Shown: in pieces, positions 55,965-64,000 of the stretch
How the letters are laid out: every line of letters begins with the position of its first letter
Numbering within the stretch: the first letter of the stretch is position 1
DNA from: a virus
Taxonomy: Duplodnaviria > Caudoviricetes
Virus record (IMG/VR): IMGVR_UViG_3300005529_000008
Coordinates: 1,739 to 65,738 of that record
Length of the DNA: 64,000 bases
Reading direction: 5' to 3' (one strand)
Translations under genes and position numbers: made by a program
Notes under the pieces: model-generated
Seen by the model: only the letters and a program-made list of their open reading frames with translations
Databases searched by the model: none
Told to the model about the DNA's origin: nothing

Positions 55965-57793
55965 TAGTTGATCCCAGTCTTTTACAGCCGTCGCGCAACC
56001 CTCTCACCGCTGCCGCTGGAATTCCCGATGTGTTGGCGAAGTTGCTCGGAGGCGGTACGGGAGATGGCGCGCAAGGTGATGTGCCGCCACCGGACGTTGT
56101 GCCGCGCTTGCCACAACCGAACGCGTCGAATAGCGCTGTTCCGCCTCCATCAATTGTGCCGCCCCCGTCCGCGCCGAAAGAGGACGACGTAACACCGCCA
56201 AAATCCCTTGCAGACTTGGCGCAACGCACGCAGGAGAATGTAAATGCGCCCGTCCCTCCGCCCGATGTACTAGCGGCGTCAAAAGTGGGCGAGGACGGGA
56301 GTGCGGTGCCAAATTTACCCGGAACGGTGCAAACGGCACAGGCGCCTAAACTCGCGCCGCTCCATCCCTCTCTTCTCTCGCGTATCCTGCCAATTGTAGG
56401 CGCAGTGGGCGCGGGTATGGAAGCGGCGGGAAATCGTGGCGAAGCTCCCAACGCCGCACGGTTACAAGCGACGTTACAAAATCAAGCGCAGCAACGCTTG
56501 CAAGCTGAACGACTGCACAATGTCGAAGAACCGGAAGCCGAAGCACGCGCCGCTTTACAACGCGCACAGGCCCAGTCCACGCAAAATACCGTGCCGGTTG
56601 ATGTGAACGGGCAACGTTACTACGTGCCACAATCACAACTTTCGAAAATTCTCTCACCACAAATCGCGGGGCAGTCGCGGGAGAATGTACAGACATTACG
56701 TAATACTGGAAACGTTGATGTACAGAATTTAAAGAACTCGGGTCGGATGAGTATTGAGCAGATGAAGGCGTTAATTCAACAAGGAAAAGTTGCTCGCGTT
56801 ATTCCCGGCAAAGATCCCGAGACTGGCGAGACAACTATGCTCGCCTATAATGCGCAAAATCAGCTTCTCGGAGCTGCACAGAATTCGCTTGCACCAGCAC
56901 AGTTTTATAATAAACTCACCTCCACCACCCAATATATGGCCGACGCCGCTGGAAATATCCAAGCGTTGCCGAAGAATACGGTGTCGGGGGTGCAGTTGCC
57001 GGGAAGTGTTGGAGGGATTGGGAGTGTTGTGCCGAATGCGCCGGGTAGTAATGGGGCGCGTCCACAACATAACACCGGCGCACAGCCTCCACGAGCCAGT
57101 GGCGCAACTACCGCCGCACCAATCCAAGCTCGGCCTGTCAATGGCGCAAACGGCCAGCCGATGGTTAATGCGGCGAGTACTAAATGGGTTCAGTGGCAAG
57201 ATCCAGTTTCGGGCCGTAATGTTGCCGGTCCCGCATCTATGGCGCCCCCAAATTCAAATCCCGCCCAGCTCCCCGCGCAAGAAGTGCGTGATGTGAACAA
57301 CGCTCGCCATGCGGTAAATTTGATAACAAAAACTGGCGACCTGAATAAGCCCGAAACCCAGGGAGTGTTACAGCTTCTCGATTCGCTTGATAAAGAAGGT
57401 AAGTTGGGGATTGTCGCTTCGCGGTGGAATAAATTTATAACATCGGGCGTCGGCACAAGCCCCAACGATGATCCGCGTATTATCATGCTCATCAATAAAA
57501 ATATGTTAGCTGATACTGCAACAATGCTTGCCCATTTTGGGGCAGCCGGCGGTCGATCGCCACAAATGTTGCAGCATTTTTTAGATCTTGCGAACGCTGG
57601 GAGAATGGATGGAATAACATTGCGCGCCGGTGTGATGGCGATGGCCGATTATATGAAAGACCGTGCAATGATGCCCGAGGCTACACCACAACGCACCGCG
57701 CCGCAACAGAATACTCAACCCACGCATGTCGTAAAAGTAAATGGCGTTCGAACGGGCACAGTTGTGAATAACGTGTACGTACCGGACAAATAA
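55955..57793 (+). CDS. internal virion/ejection protein
   Basis: 612 aa, Pro/Ala/Gln-rich; second of three consecutive ejection-type genes. Confidence 0.6.
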   Translation: MAMIVDPSLLQPSRNPLTAAAGIPDVLAKLLGGGTGDGAQGDVPPPDVVPRLPQPNASNSAVPPPSIVPPPSAPKEDDVTPPKSLADLAQRTQENVNAPVPPPDVLAASKVGEDGSAVPNLPGTVQTAQAPKLAPLHPSLLSRILPIVGAVGAGMEAAGNRGEAPNAARLQATLQNQAQQRLQAERLHNVEEPEAEARAALQRAQAQSTQNTVPVDVNGQRYYVPQSQLSKILSPQIAGQSRENVQTLRNTGNVDVQNLKNSGRMSIEQMKALIQQGKVARVIPGKDPETGETTMLAYNAQNQLLGAAQNSLAPAQFYNKLTSTTQYMADAAGNIQALPKNTVSGVQLPGSVGGIGSVVPNAPGSNGARPQHNTGAQPPRASGATTAAPIQARPVNGANGQPMVNAASTKWVQWQDPVSGRNVAGPASMAPPNSNPAQLPAQEVRDVNNARHAVNLITKTGDLNKPETQGVLQLLDSLDKEGKLGIVASRWNKFITSGVGTSPNDDPRIIMLINKNMLADTATMLAHFGAAGGRSPQMLQHFLDLANAGRMDGITLRAGVMAMADYMKDRAMMPEATPQRTAPQQNTQPTHVVKVNGVRTGTVVNNVYVPDK

Positions 57794-59980
57794 ATGGGAC
57801 AGAACACACAGCAAATTAAAGGTCTACCAGCGGGCGCGACGGTAGAACCGGTTGGTTCGGCGGGTGGTAGTACGGGTACGCCACAAATCAGCGGCCTACC
57901 TCCCGGCGCGTCCGTGGAAGCTATCCCGCAACTCAATAACGCCGACAAGCCCCTTCGGATGTTCCGCTCCGATACGGGCGCGGAGCAAGATGTGCCACGC
58001 AATCAAGTGGGCGATTTTGCGAAACAGGGATGGCAGGCCGGGAGTGCGCCGCAGAAGTCGGGTGCGAGTGGTGAAGGCTTTGGAACGTCCTTCGCTCACG
58101 CAGCCGGTGTTCCGGCTTCGATAAGCGAAGTTACAGATTCGGTAAAAGATAAATCGGTGCCACAACTTCTTGGCGGCGCACTTATGCGTTTCTCCCCCGC
58201 TGGAATGGCAGTGCGCGGATATCAGGCCATTTTTAACGCAGATAAAAAACTCGCGACGGGTCATCCGTTAGAGGCGGTTGAAGCGACTCCGGGCGGCGGC
58301 GCGGTTAAGAAAACGGCAGAACAAGTTGGCGAGGGAAATTATTCTGGCGCAGCGGGAACTTTACTCGGCACAGCCGCTCCGCTACTCGCTACGAAAGCTT
58401 TGGAACGCGCCGGTGTAGGCTCGGTTGATGAACAAGGAATTAAGATAAACGGAAAAGAGCCTGTAACGCGAGAAGCCGCGCGAGATAATTTAGTCAAAGC
58501 CGTCAACCCCGCCGCGTCCGATATGGGCACGATGAACGCGCATGGAGGCGGGACGGGGTTTAAAGGTAACTTGGACGCCACGCTCGATCACGTCGTGGAT
58601 GCAGGACAGAAAGGCGGATTTGCAGATAAAGTTACCGGCGCAAAAACTCCCGGACAGGCTTTGGAAACCGCTGCAATGGCCCCGGAAGCCGCATATAAAA
58701 ACCTCCCCTACTTCAAAGAGGTGATGGAACCGAACCTGGCGAAAACCGCCGACGTTACGTTCAATAACTATCGGGGCGGGAAGACGGGATATAATCAAGC
58801 AACCGTGGCGCAACTCAACGACCGGCTCACCGCGATCAATGCGGAGATGTACGGGAAGTATCAGCAAGGTGGTGCGGGTAGTGCGCGGGCCGATGCGGCG
58901 GTGAATGCCGAGCGCGTGCAATCCCTACAACAAGAAGCGGCGGGGATTCGTGATGCTCTTGATAAGACCCTTGCGCGAGAGACGGGTGTGCCGATTGACC
59001 GTTTAAAAGGGATGCGCCAGCAGTACGGCCAGCTCAAAGATGTCGCGGACACGATGAAGCTGCGCGCAGCAGAATTACAACACGGCGAGAACGCGACGGC
59101 GAACAAGACGCTTTCCGAGCAAGTTCCTTCGCATCTTTCGGTGCCGGCAGTGTTGTTGAAAACTGGCGCGAAAGTCGCGGACAAAGTGCGCGGCAACCCG
59201 GTCATCAACGGAATTCAAGATGCGTTTAAATATAAACCAACACCTCCCGCGCCGTTCAACGTAAATCCGCCCCTCGCACCCACTCCATACCAAGCGCCGA
59301 ATAACTTGCCATTCGGTCGCCCCGGCACGCAGTCATCGCTACCGCCTGAGGTTTTACGCGTGTTACAACAGGCAGAGGAACAAAACGCGTCGCCTAAAAC
59401 GATGACGGGTAAACCACTTACGGAACGCGCTCGGCGCGCCGCCAATGCTAATTTAGAAGCCGAGAGCCGCTTAAAGAACTCTTTGCCTACATCACCACCC
59501 AACGCGCCGCAGGTTGAGCCGCTGGCGCCCTCTGTAGCGGGTCCGCAGACCGGCACGTTGCCGTTGCCGAATAGGGGCGGTACTTTAAATCGGCCCCCGT
59601 TACAGCTACCCCCCGGCCCAACCGCGCCACCACAACTTCCCCAAAACGCCTCACCCATCGCGCTCCCGCCCAGCTCCGTCTCGCAGCTCATGCAGTATAT
59701 TGAGAGCGGGAGCAAGCCAGTGCCGCGCAGTGAGTTGCCGATTACGACCACACCGTCGAAACCGAACGTGGCACGCACTGCTCCACTCGCGCCAAAAAGT
59801 ACCAGCGGCGCGGTTGAGTCCTCGAATCTACCTACCGTGCGCAATATGACCACCGAGGTGAACGTAATCCACCCGGACGGCACGCCCGGTACGGTGCCCT
59901 CTGCGATGTTGCCGGAGTATTTGAGCAAAGGTTACAAGCTCGCCGCGCCGTTAGGTCGGGGCGCGTCGGGAGGGCAGTAA
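57794..59980 (+). CDS. large internal virion/ejection protein
   Basis: 728 aa; N-terminal QI.GLP.GA.VE repeat; Ala/Gly-rich. Confidence 0.6.
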   Translation: MGQNTQQIKGLPAGATVEPVGSAGGSTGTPQISGLPPGASVEAIPQLNNADKPLRMFRSDTGAEQDVPRNQVGDFAKQGWQAGSAPQKSGASGEGFGTSFAHAAGVPASISEVTDSVKDKSVPQLLGGALMRFSPAGMAVRGYQAIFNADKKLATGHPLEAVEATPGGGAVKKTAEQVGEGNYSGAAGTLLGTAAPLLATKALERAGVGSVDEQGIKINGKEPVTREAARDNLVKAVNPAASDMGTMNAHGGGTGFKGNLDATLDHVVDAGQKGGFADKVTGAKTPGQALETAAMAPEAAYKNLPYFKEVMEPNLAKTADVTFNNYRGGKTGYNQATVAQLNDRLTAINAEMYGKYQQGGAGSARADAAVNAERVQSLQQEAAGIRDALDKTLARETGVPIDRLKGMRQQYGQLKDVADTMKLRAAELQHGENATANKTLSEQVPSHLSVPAVLLKTGAKVADKVRGNPVINGIQDAFKYKPTPPAPFNVNPPLAPTPYQAPNNLPFGRPGTQSSLPPEVLRVLQQAEEQNASPKTMTGKPLTERARRAANANLEAESRLKNSLPTSPPNAPQVEPLAPSVAGPQTGTLPLPNRGGTLNRPPLQLPPGPTAPPQLPQNASPIALPPSSVSQLMQYIESGSKPVPRSELPITTTPSKPNVARTAPLAPKSTSGAVESSNLPTVRNMTTEVNVIHPDGTPGTVPSAMLPEYLSKGYKLAAPLGRGASGGQ

Positions 59981-59981
59981 C

Positions 59982-60476
59982 GTGGCGGGGTATAAGGGAG
60001 ATCCGCATTTCACACCGACTGGGCCGGTTAAGATGCCGTTTCAAGGCACCCATTTCTCCGACCAACCAATATCGGGTGGAGTGTTGCGCGGTTCGATGCG
60101 CGGCGCGAGTGGTGCGGAAGAGTCGGCACGGCTTGATGTGCCACCCCAAGCTCCTGCGGGCGTACATGTGGTGCGCCAGGGACATCTCGCGCATCCGCAT
60201 TTACGGTTACGGAAATATTCAAGCGGGGTATCGGGGAACAAAGCCATCGCGGATGTGGAAGGTGCGCAACACGAACTTTGGAACACTTCCGTGCAGCAAG
60301 GTCACGCTGCGGCGTTACAGAATGGGCTTGACCCTAAAACGGCGCAACTCTCCGCGCTCAATGCCGGTGAGCATGGCATAAAAGCGGCGGGTTATGATGG
60401 GATGGAGTTCGGACGTTCGGCTCCCGGATCGGTACTGATGTTCGGAGATGTGGCGGTGGATAAATCGCATGTTTGA
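59982..60476 (+). CDS. hypothetical protein
   Basis: GTHFS...L, IKAAGYDG pattern. Confidence 0.55.
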   Translation: MAGYKGDPHFTPTGPVKMPFQGTHFSDQPISGGVLRGSMRGASGAEESARLDVPPQAPAGVHVVRQGHLAHPHLRLRKYSSGVSGNKAIADVEGAQHELWNTSVQQGHAAALQNGLDPKTAQLSALNAGEHGIKAAGYDGMEFGRSAPGSVLMFGDVAVDKSHV

Positions 60477-60988
60477 ATTTCTCTCCCCCAACTCTCCCAA
60501 CCTTCCGTTTTCGTTCTAGCGAATATTTCCAATCGAGGCGTGGGCGATGCAATTTCAATCAACTTACGCACGTCCTCCGGCTTTGCACTGTGCTTCCTTC
60601 TCGCCCAGGTTCCCCAGCTTCGCAACGAGTGAGATTGGAACGGCGCTTTTCCTCGCAAGCCGAACAGCAGAAATTCATGTGATACGCGCCAGTAATTTCC
60701 CATTCCGATATGCGGTTTGGTCCACACGAAGCAGGATTTGTACGTGAATCCCCACGCTGATATCACTTCGAACGCGCGCGGGAGAAAGGCGTTGGTTGTC
60801 CACAGATGTAAATGCGCGTTGTCTTCGACCAGTGACGATACGGGCAACGACGCAATTTCCTCCACCGACATCGTTTCATAGTGATCGGTTGCCGCACCAC
60901 GCGTCCCATTGTTCCCGTACTGCCACGGCGGGTCAGCATATATTGTGGCGAACTTGCGTCCTGCGATGAAAGTCAATAAATCGGACAT
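60392..60988 (-). CDS. MT-A70 family adenine methyltransferase
   Basis: IYADPPW, HY.TM, LHLWTTN, WGF.YK, GMGNYWR..HE, HS.KP, LEIFAR; TTGACT-17-TATATT promoter ends 6 nt before ATG (leaderless). Confidence 0.9.
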   Translation of the reverse strand: MSDLLTFIAGRKFATIYADPPWQYGNNGTRGAATDHYETMSVEEIASLPVSSLVEDNAHLHLWTTNAFLPRAFEVISAWGFTYKSCFVWTKPHIGMGNYWRVSHEFLLFGLRGKAPFQSHSLRSWGTWARRKHSAKPEDVRKLIEIASPTPRLEIFARTKTEGWESWGREIQTCDLSTATSPNISTDPGAERPNSIPS

Positions 60989-61022
60989 TGATAAAATATA
61001 ACTAGCGAGGACATAAAAGTCA

Positions 61023-62825
61023 ATGAGAATTTTGCGTAATTTTGCGGCGTTTTTGGCGGTTTTTTGTGGCGTGTGTGCGGCACAATCCACCGTGACCGTG
61101 ACTGCCAATGTAAAGACAATCTTCGGTGGCAACTCCACCACTCGCGTGAAGGCGTGTTTTACCTTGCTCACCAGCGACGGGCAGCAGCCCGCTGATCCAC
61201 ACGTTGTTGGAAGCGGTGTGCTGGTACCGACGCAGACGCAGTGTCTTTCACCGGACGGCAATGGTCTCATATCGACCACGCTCATTCCTAACGATCAGAT
61301 AACGGTTGGGGGTATTACGAATACTACTAACTATAGTCTAACGTGGCTATACAACGGCTCCCCGGCGCACGGCGCACTTTACAACTTCCTCCTCGCAGAC
61401 GTGACGGAAGACTTGAACTCGAAATCACCAGTGAATTTATCGGTCTCGCCCAGTGTAACGCCCACCGATCAAATCTACGCGCGTCTTGACGGCGGGAATC
61501 AACCCTTCCTCGGCCCGATTCGAAGTTGTGTGATGAACGGAATGTATGTGGCTGGTTCATCCTGTTACCCTACTATCCACCAGGCAATCACCGCCGTCTG
61601 CACATCTTCTCCCGCAGGTGGCGCGATCTGGATTCCACCTGGTACATACGTTGAGAATTCTTCATTAAGTGTGGCGAACGGGACGTGGTGTAATTCAGTA
61701 GCACTGTTGGGCGCGGGCGCCGGTCAGTGTGATTCCGTTACTCCGCCCGTTACAATCACTAGCACTATTACTTCAGGCCATTTAATTGATGGGCTAAACG
61801 CGAATGACTGGGGCGTGTTTAACGTTTGCTTAAAAAATACTGGCACGGGCAGCACGGGAGCAGCGATAAACTTCGCTTCCTCACAACGCGCTTCGGTCGG
61901 CAACGTCTATGTCTCCGGCCCCTTCGGCCAAGGTGTGCGTTTCTTCTCATCTTCTATCGCCTCTGCCTCGACGATTTGGAATAATATTAACAACATTCAC
62001 TGTACAGGCTTAGCGGCGAATGGTACGGGCATTCTAATGGACTCATCCAACGCCAGTGCGAAAGTTATCAACGGGAATAACATTCTGCAAGATCATTGTA
62101 CAGGCGGGACGGGCGGCAAGGCATTGTGGCTCACAAACTCCGGCGTTCATAATCAGGTCATCAACGACAATGTGATTGAGTGTACAGAGTGCTCCGCAAC
62201 CTCCGGTACCGGCGTGCAAATCGACAACGGTTCCACTAGCCGGTTGACGTTACTCGCGCCGGATATCGAAGGCAGCACGACAGGTTTTGTAAAACAGACC
62301 GCGAACACAGTCTTGATAATCAACGGTTTCATAGGATCGAACGGTAATAACTCGCTCGCCGCAAATGTACAAGACTCCCAACCCGCCTTTACCAGTTTTC
62401 TTAACACTAGTATCGGCGGAGTCGTGCAGCAATTTGCCGTAGATCCCGCTGGTGGAATAATCGTAAACTGCGTGTCGTTTCCCGGCGCGAATTGTAATAG
62501 CCTAACTAATCTTATGAACGGTATCGATGGGTGGGGTTTCGGGGTAGCGGGTACACAACGCTTCCAAGTACATGCGGGATCACTCACTCCCAACGTTGCG
62601 GCGGCGGAAGATTTAGGCACGTCTAGTCTACCTTTCGGCAATATCTTCATGCAAGGCACCCTGACTCTTGCGCCGAATATCTCGTGGAAAAGCGGCGTGG
62701 GTGTGCCTGCGGCAGGAACGTGTGTTGCGGCGAACGGGGGAAGTTTGTACAGTCGCACGGACTCTGACGCTACGCACACGCTGTACGTCTGTGATAATTC
62801 CACCCATACTTGGACGCCCAAATAG
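61023..62825 (+). CDS. tailspike-like beta-helix protein with Sec signal peptide
   Basis: MRILRNFAAFLAVFCGVCAA|Q; TI.QAI.A.....GG.I.IPPGTY pectate-lyase start; C-terminal G.G.P.....GSLY.RTD....LYV...W; many Cys. Confidence 0.8.
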   Translation: MRILRNFAAFLAVFCGVCAAQSTVTVTANVKTIFGGNSTTRVKACFTLLTSDGQQPADPHVVGSGVLVPTQTQCLSPDGNGLISTTLIPNDQITVGGITNTTNYSLTWLYNGSPAHGALYNFLLADVTEDLNSKSPVNLSVSPSVTPTDQIYARLDGGNQPFLGPIRSCVMNGMYVAGSSCYPTIHQAITAVCTSSPAGGAIWIPPGTYVENSSLSVANGTWCNSVALLGAGAGQCDSVTPPVTITSTITSGHLIDGLNANDWGVFNVCLKNTGTGSTGAAINFASSQRASVGNVYVSGPFGQGVRFFSSSIASASTIWNNINNIHCTGLAANGTGILMDSSNASAKVINGNNILQDHCTGGTGGKALWLTNSGVHNQVINDNVIECTECSATSGTGVQIDNGSTSRLTLLAPDIEGSTTGFVKQTANTVLIINGFIGSNGNNSLAANVQDSQPAFTSFLNTSIGGVVQQFAVDPAGGIIVNCVSFPGANCNSLTNLMNGIDGWGFGVAGTQRFQVHAGSLTPNVAAAEDLGTSSLPFGNIFMQGTLTLAPNISWKSGVGVPAAGTCVAANGGSLYSRTDSDATHTLYVCDNSTHTWTPK

Positions 62826-62868
62826 CCCGAAGGTGGCTGATAAAATAGACTTAGGAGCCTTCCCGCGT

Positions 62869-63096
62869 ATGTCTGAGCACGATAACCACGATAACGATGT
62901 CGAACGCACACTTGGACGATTAGAAAGTGCCGTGGCGGCGATTCACGAGAATACAAAAGTCCTGCCCGAGTTGACGCTAAAAGTCGAGCGGCACGACAAT
63001 GAACTACGCGCGGTGAAATACATCGCTGGGGCCGGTTTCCTCGCGATTATTGGCAATATCGTGGGGTGGATCAAATCGCACTTGGGGGTACATTAA
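62869..63096 (+). CDS. holin/XhlA-like membrane protein
   Basis: coiled coil plus one C-terminal TM; AGGAG RBS. Confidence 0.5.
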   Translation: MSEHDNHDNDVERTLGRLESAVAAIHENTKVLPELTLKVERHDNELRAVKYIAGAGFLAIIGNIVGWIKSHLGVH

Positions 63097-63507
63097 ATGG
63101 CAGTTTATGTCAAGGATAAAAGTTCGCGCAGTATCTCTATCGGCCCCACAATCCCCGCCACATCGCCTAAGGAGAACGCGAATACGACGCCACGCAATTC
63201 GGGCGCGGCAACTGGGGCGGGCGACGAATTCATTTACATCCCCCACATAGGACAGGGGTATCAGTATCCGGTAGATATCGCATGGGACGTTGTGGTGAGT
63301 GCAGGGGGTACGCTCGCCGCGCTAGTTGTGAATTTAGAAGTCTCCGACGATGATGGCACGACTTGGAGCACGCTAGACTCCAATGCCTCCCCAACCGGGG
63401 GCCGTCGCGTCGTGTCGAATACTCTTGCAAAACGACTCCGCGCAAATATTGCGACTTTCACCATCAATGCCGGTCTTCCCGTCGTGACCGTTGGAATAAC
63501 CTGCTAG
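63097..63507 (+). CDS. small beta-sandwich virion protein
   Basis: VNLEVSDDDGTTW (Asp-box-like), RLRANI. Confidence 0.6.
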   Translation: MAVYVKDKSSRSISIGPTIPATSPKENANTTPRNSGAATGAGDEFIYIPHIGQGYQYPVDIAWDVVVSAGGTLAALVVNLEVSDDDGTTWSTLDSNASPTGGRRVVSNTLAKRLRANIATFTINAGLPVVTVGITC

Positions 63508-63518
63508 GAAATTCTCTC

Positions 63519-64000
63519 ATGAAAAAACTTCTATTTCTTTTCGCGTTACTTGCCGCGACCCTTACCTCCGCGCAGATGAACAGCTACCAAACCGCGACCC
63601 TTTCGGCAGCGTGTACGAACGCCAACACGACCTGTGCGGGAGTAGCGAATTCGCAGTTGAACGTGAGCACGGTCGGTTTCAATGTGGCCAGCGTGACTGT
63701 TCACGGCACTTATACTGGACTCACATTGAACTTCGATATATCGGACGATGGCGGCACAACTTGGTATGCCGACACCTGCACACGGGGCGATACGCCCACG
63801 CAAGAGTCTTCCGAAGTCGTTACGAACTCCGCCACACGACAATGGGACTGCGGCGTGTCGGGAACGTCGAACTTCCGTGTGCGCAATAACGCCATTTCGA
63901 CCGGCGCAGATATTATCGGGATTACCCTATCGGTCTCGAATATTGAACCCGCGCCCACCGTTTCGTTGTCGGGCAGCGTCACCACAACTCTCGGCGCAGG
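63519..64000 (+). CDS. signal-peptide-bearing virion-like protein (runs off the window)
   Basis: MKKLLFLFALLAATLTSA|Q; LNFDISDDGGTTW, FRVR; paired Cys; open to the window end (absent from the ORF track). Confidence 0.75.
   Translation, partial: MKKLLFLFALLAATLTSAQMNSYQTATLSAACTNANTTCAGVANSQLNVSTVGFNVASVTVHGTYTGLTLNFDISDDGGTTWYADTCTRGDTPTQESSEVVTNSATRQWDCGVSGTSNFRVRNNAISTGADIIGITLSVSNIEPAPTVSLSGSVTTTLGA

Noticed and set aside
60989-61285. N-terminal extension of the MT-A70 ORF
   Set aside because: Antisense to the tailspike start; a consensus promoter sits directly before ATG 60988
1-64000. Prophage or lysogeny module
   Set aside because: No integrase, recognisable repressor, att-flanked host genes or parAB in the window; the lifestyle cannot be settled

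Overview
The whole window is bacteriophage DNA: most of a >64-kb tailed dsDNA phage, probably podovirus-like (no tape measure, three ejection-type proteins). The host is inferred to be Gram-negative, possibly Acidobacteriota, from its ECF sigma factor and signal-peptide style. The minus-strand arm (0.76-31.2 kb) carries nucleotide metabolism, putative counter-defence, replication and small early genes. These include a dNMP kinase, HD hydrolase, metallophosphoesterase, JAB protein, NADAR-like protein, intein-containing PolA, ECF sigma, UDG-like protein, SSB-like protein, AAA protein, Cas4-like nuclease and helicase. A 1.1-kb non-coding strand switch follows. The plus-strand arm carries an HNH, a dual-frame C5 methyltransferase, terminase, portal, scaffold, capsid, tail, ejection and fibre genes, interrupted by antisense cassettes (dCMP deaminase, two amino-MTases). 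No integrase, CRISPR array or reverse transcriptase was seen. Most notable observations: (1) several virion fibre/spike proteins carry Sec signal peptides and paired Cys; (2) the capsid protein and an ejection protein share an N-terminal leader, and the latter also ends in a CFI-box-CTERM-like domain next to a GNAT gene; (3) the MTase hides a second polypeptide with six TRD-like modules in another frame; (4) an orphan lanthipeptide-precursor-like peptide; (5) two tRNA mimics with 6-nt anticodon loops inside structured RNA clusters; (6) a TTGTC-N5-GACAA palindrome repeated eight times and twin 160-bp palindromic elements; (7) permuted enzymes. All calls come from motif recognition by eye; no database searches or folding programs were run. 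Several single-base frameshifts suggest assembly indels.
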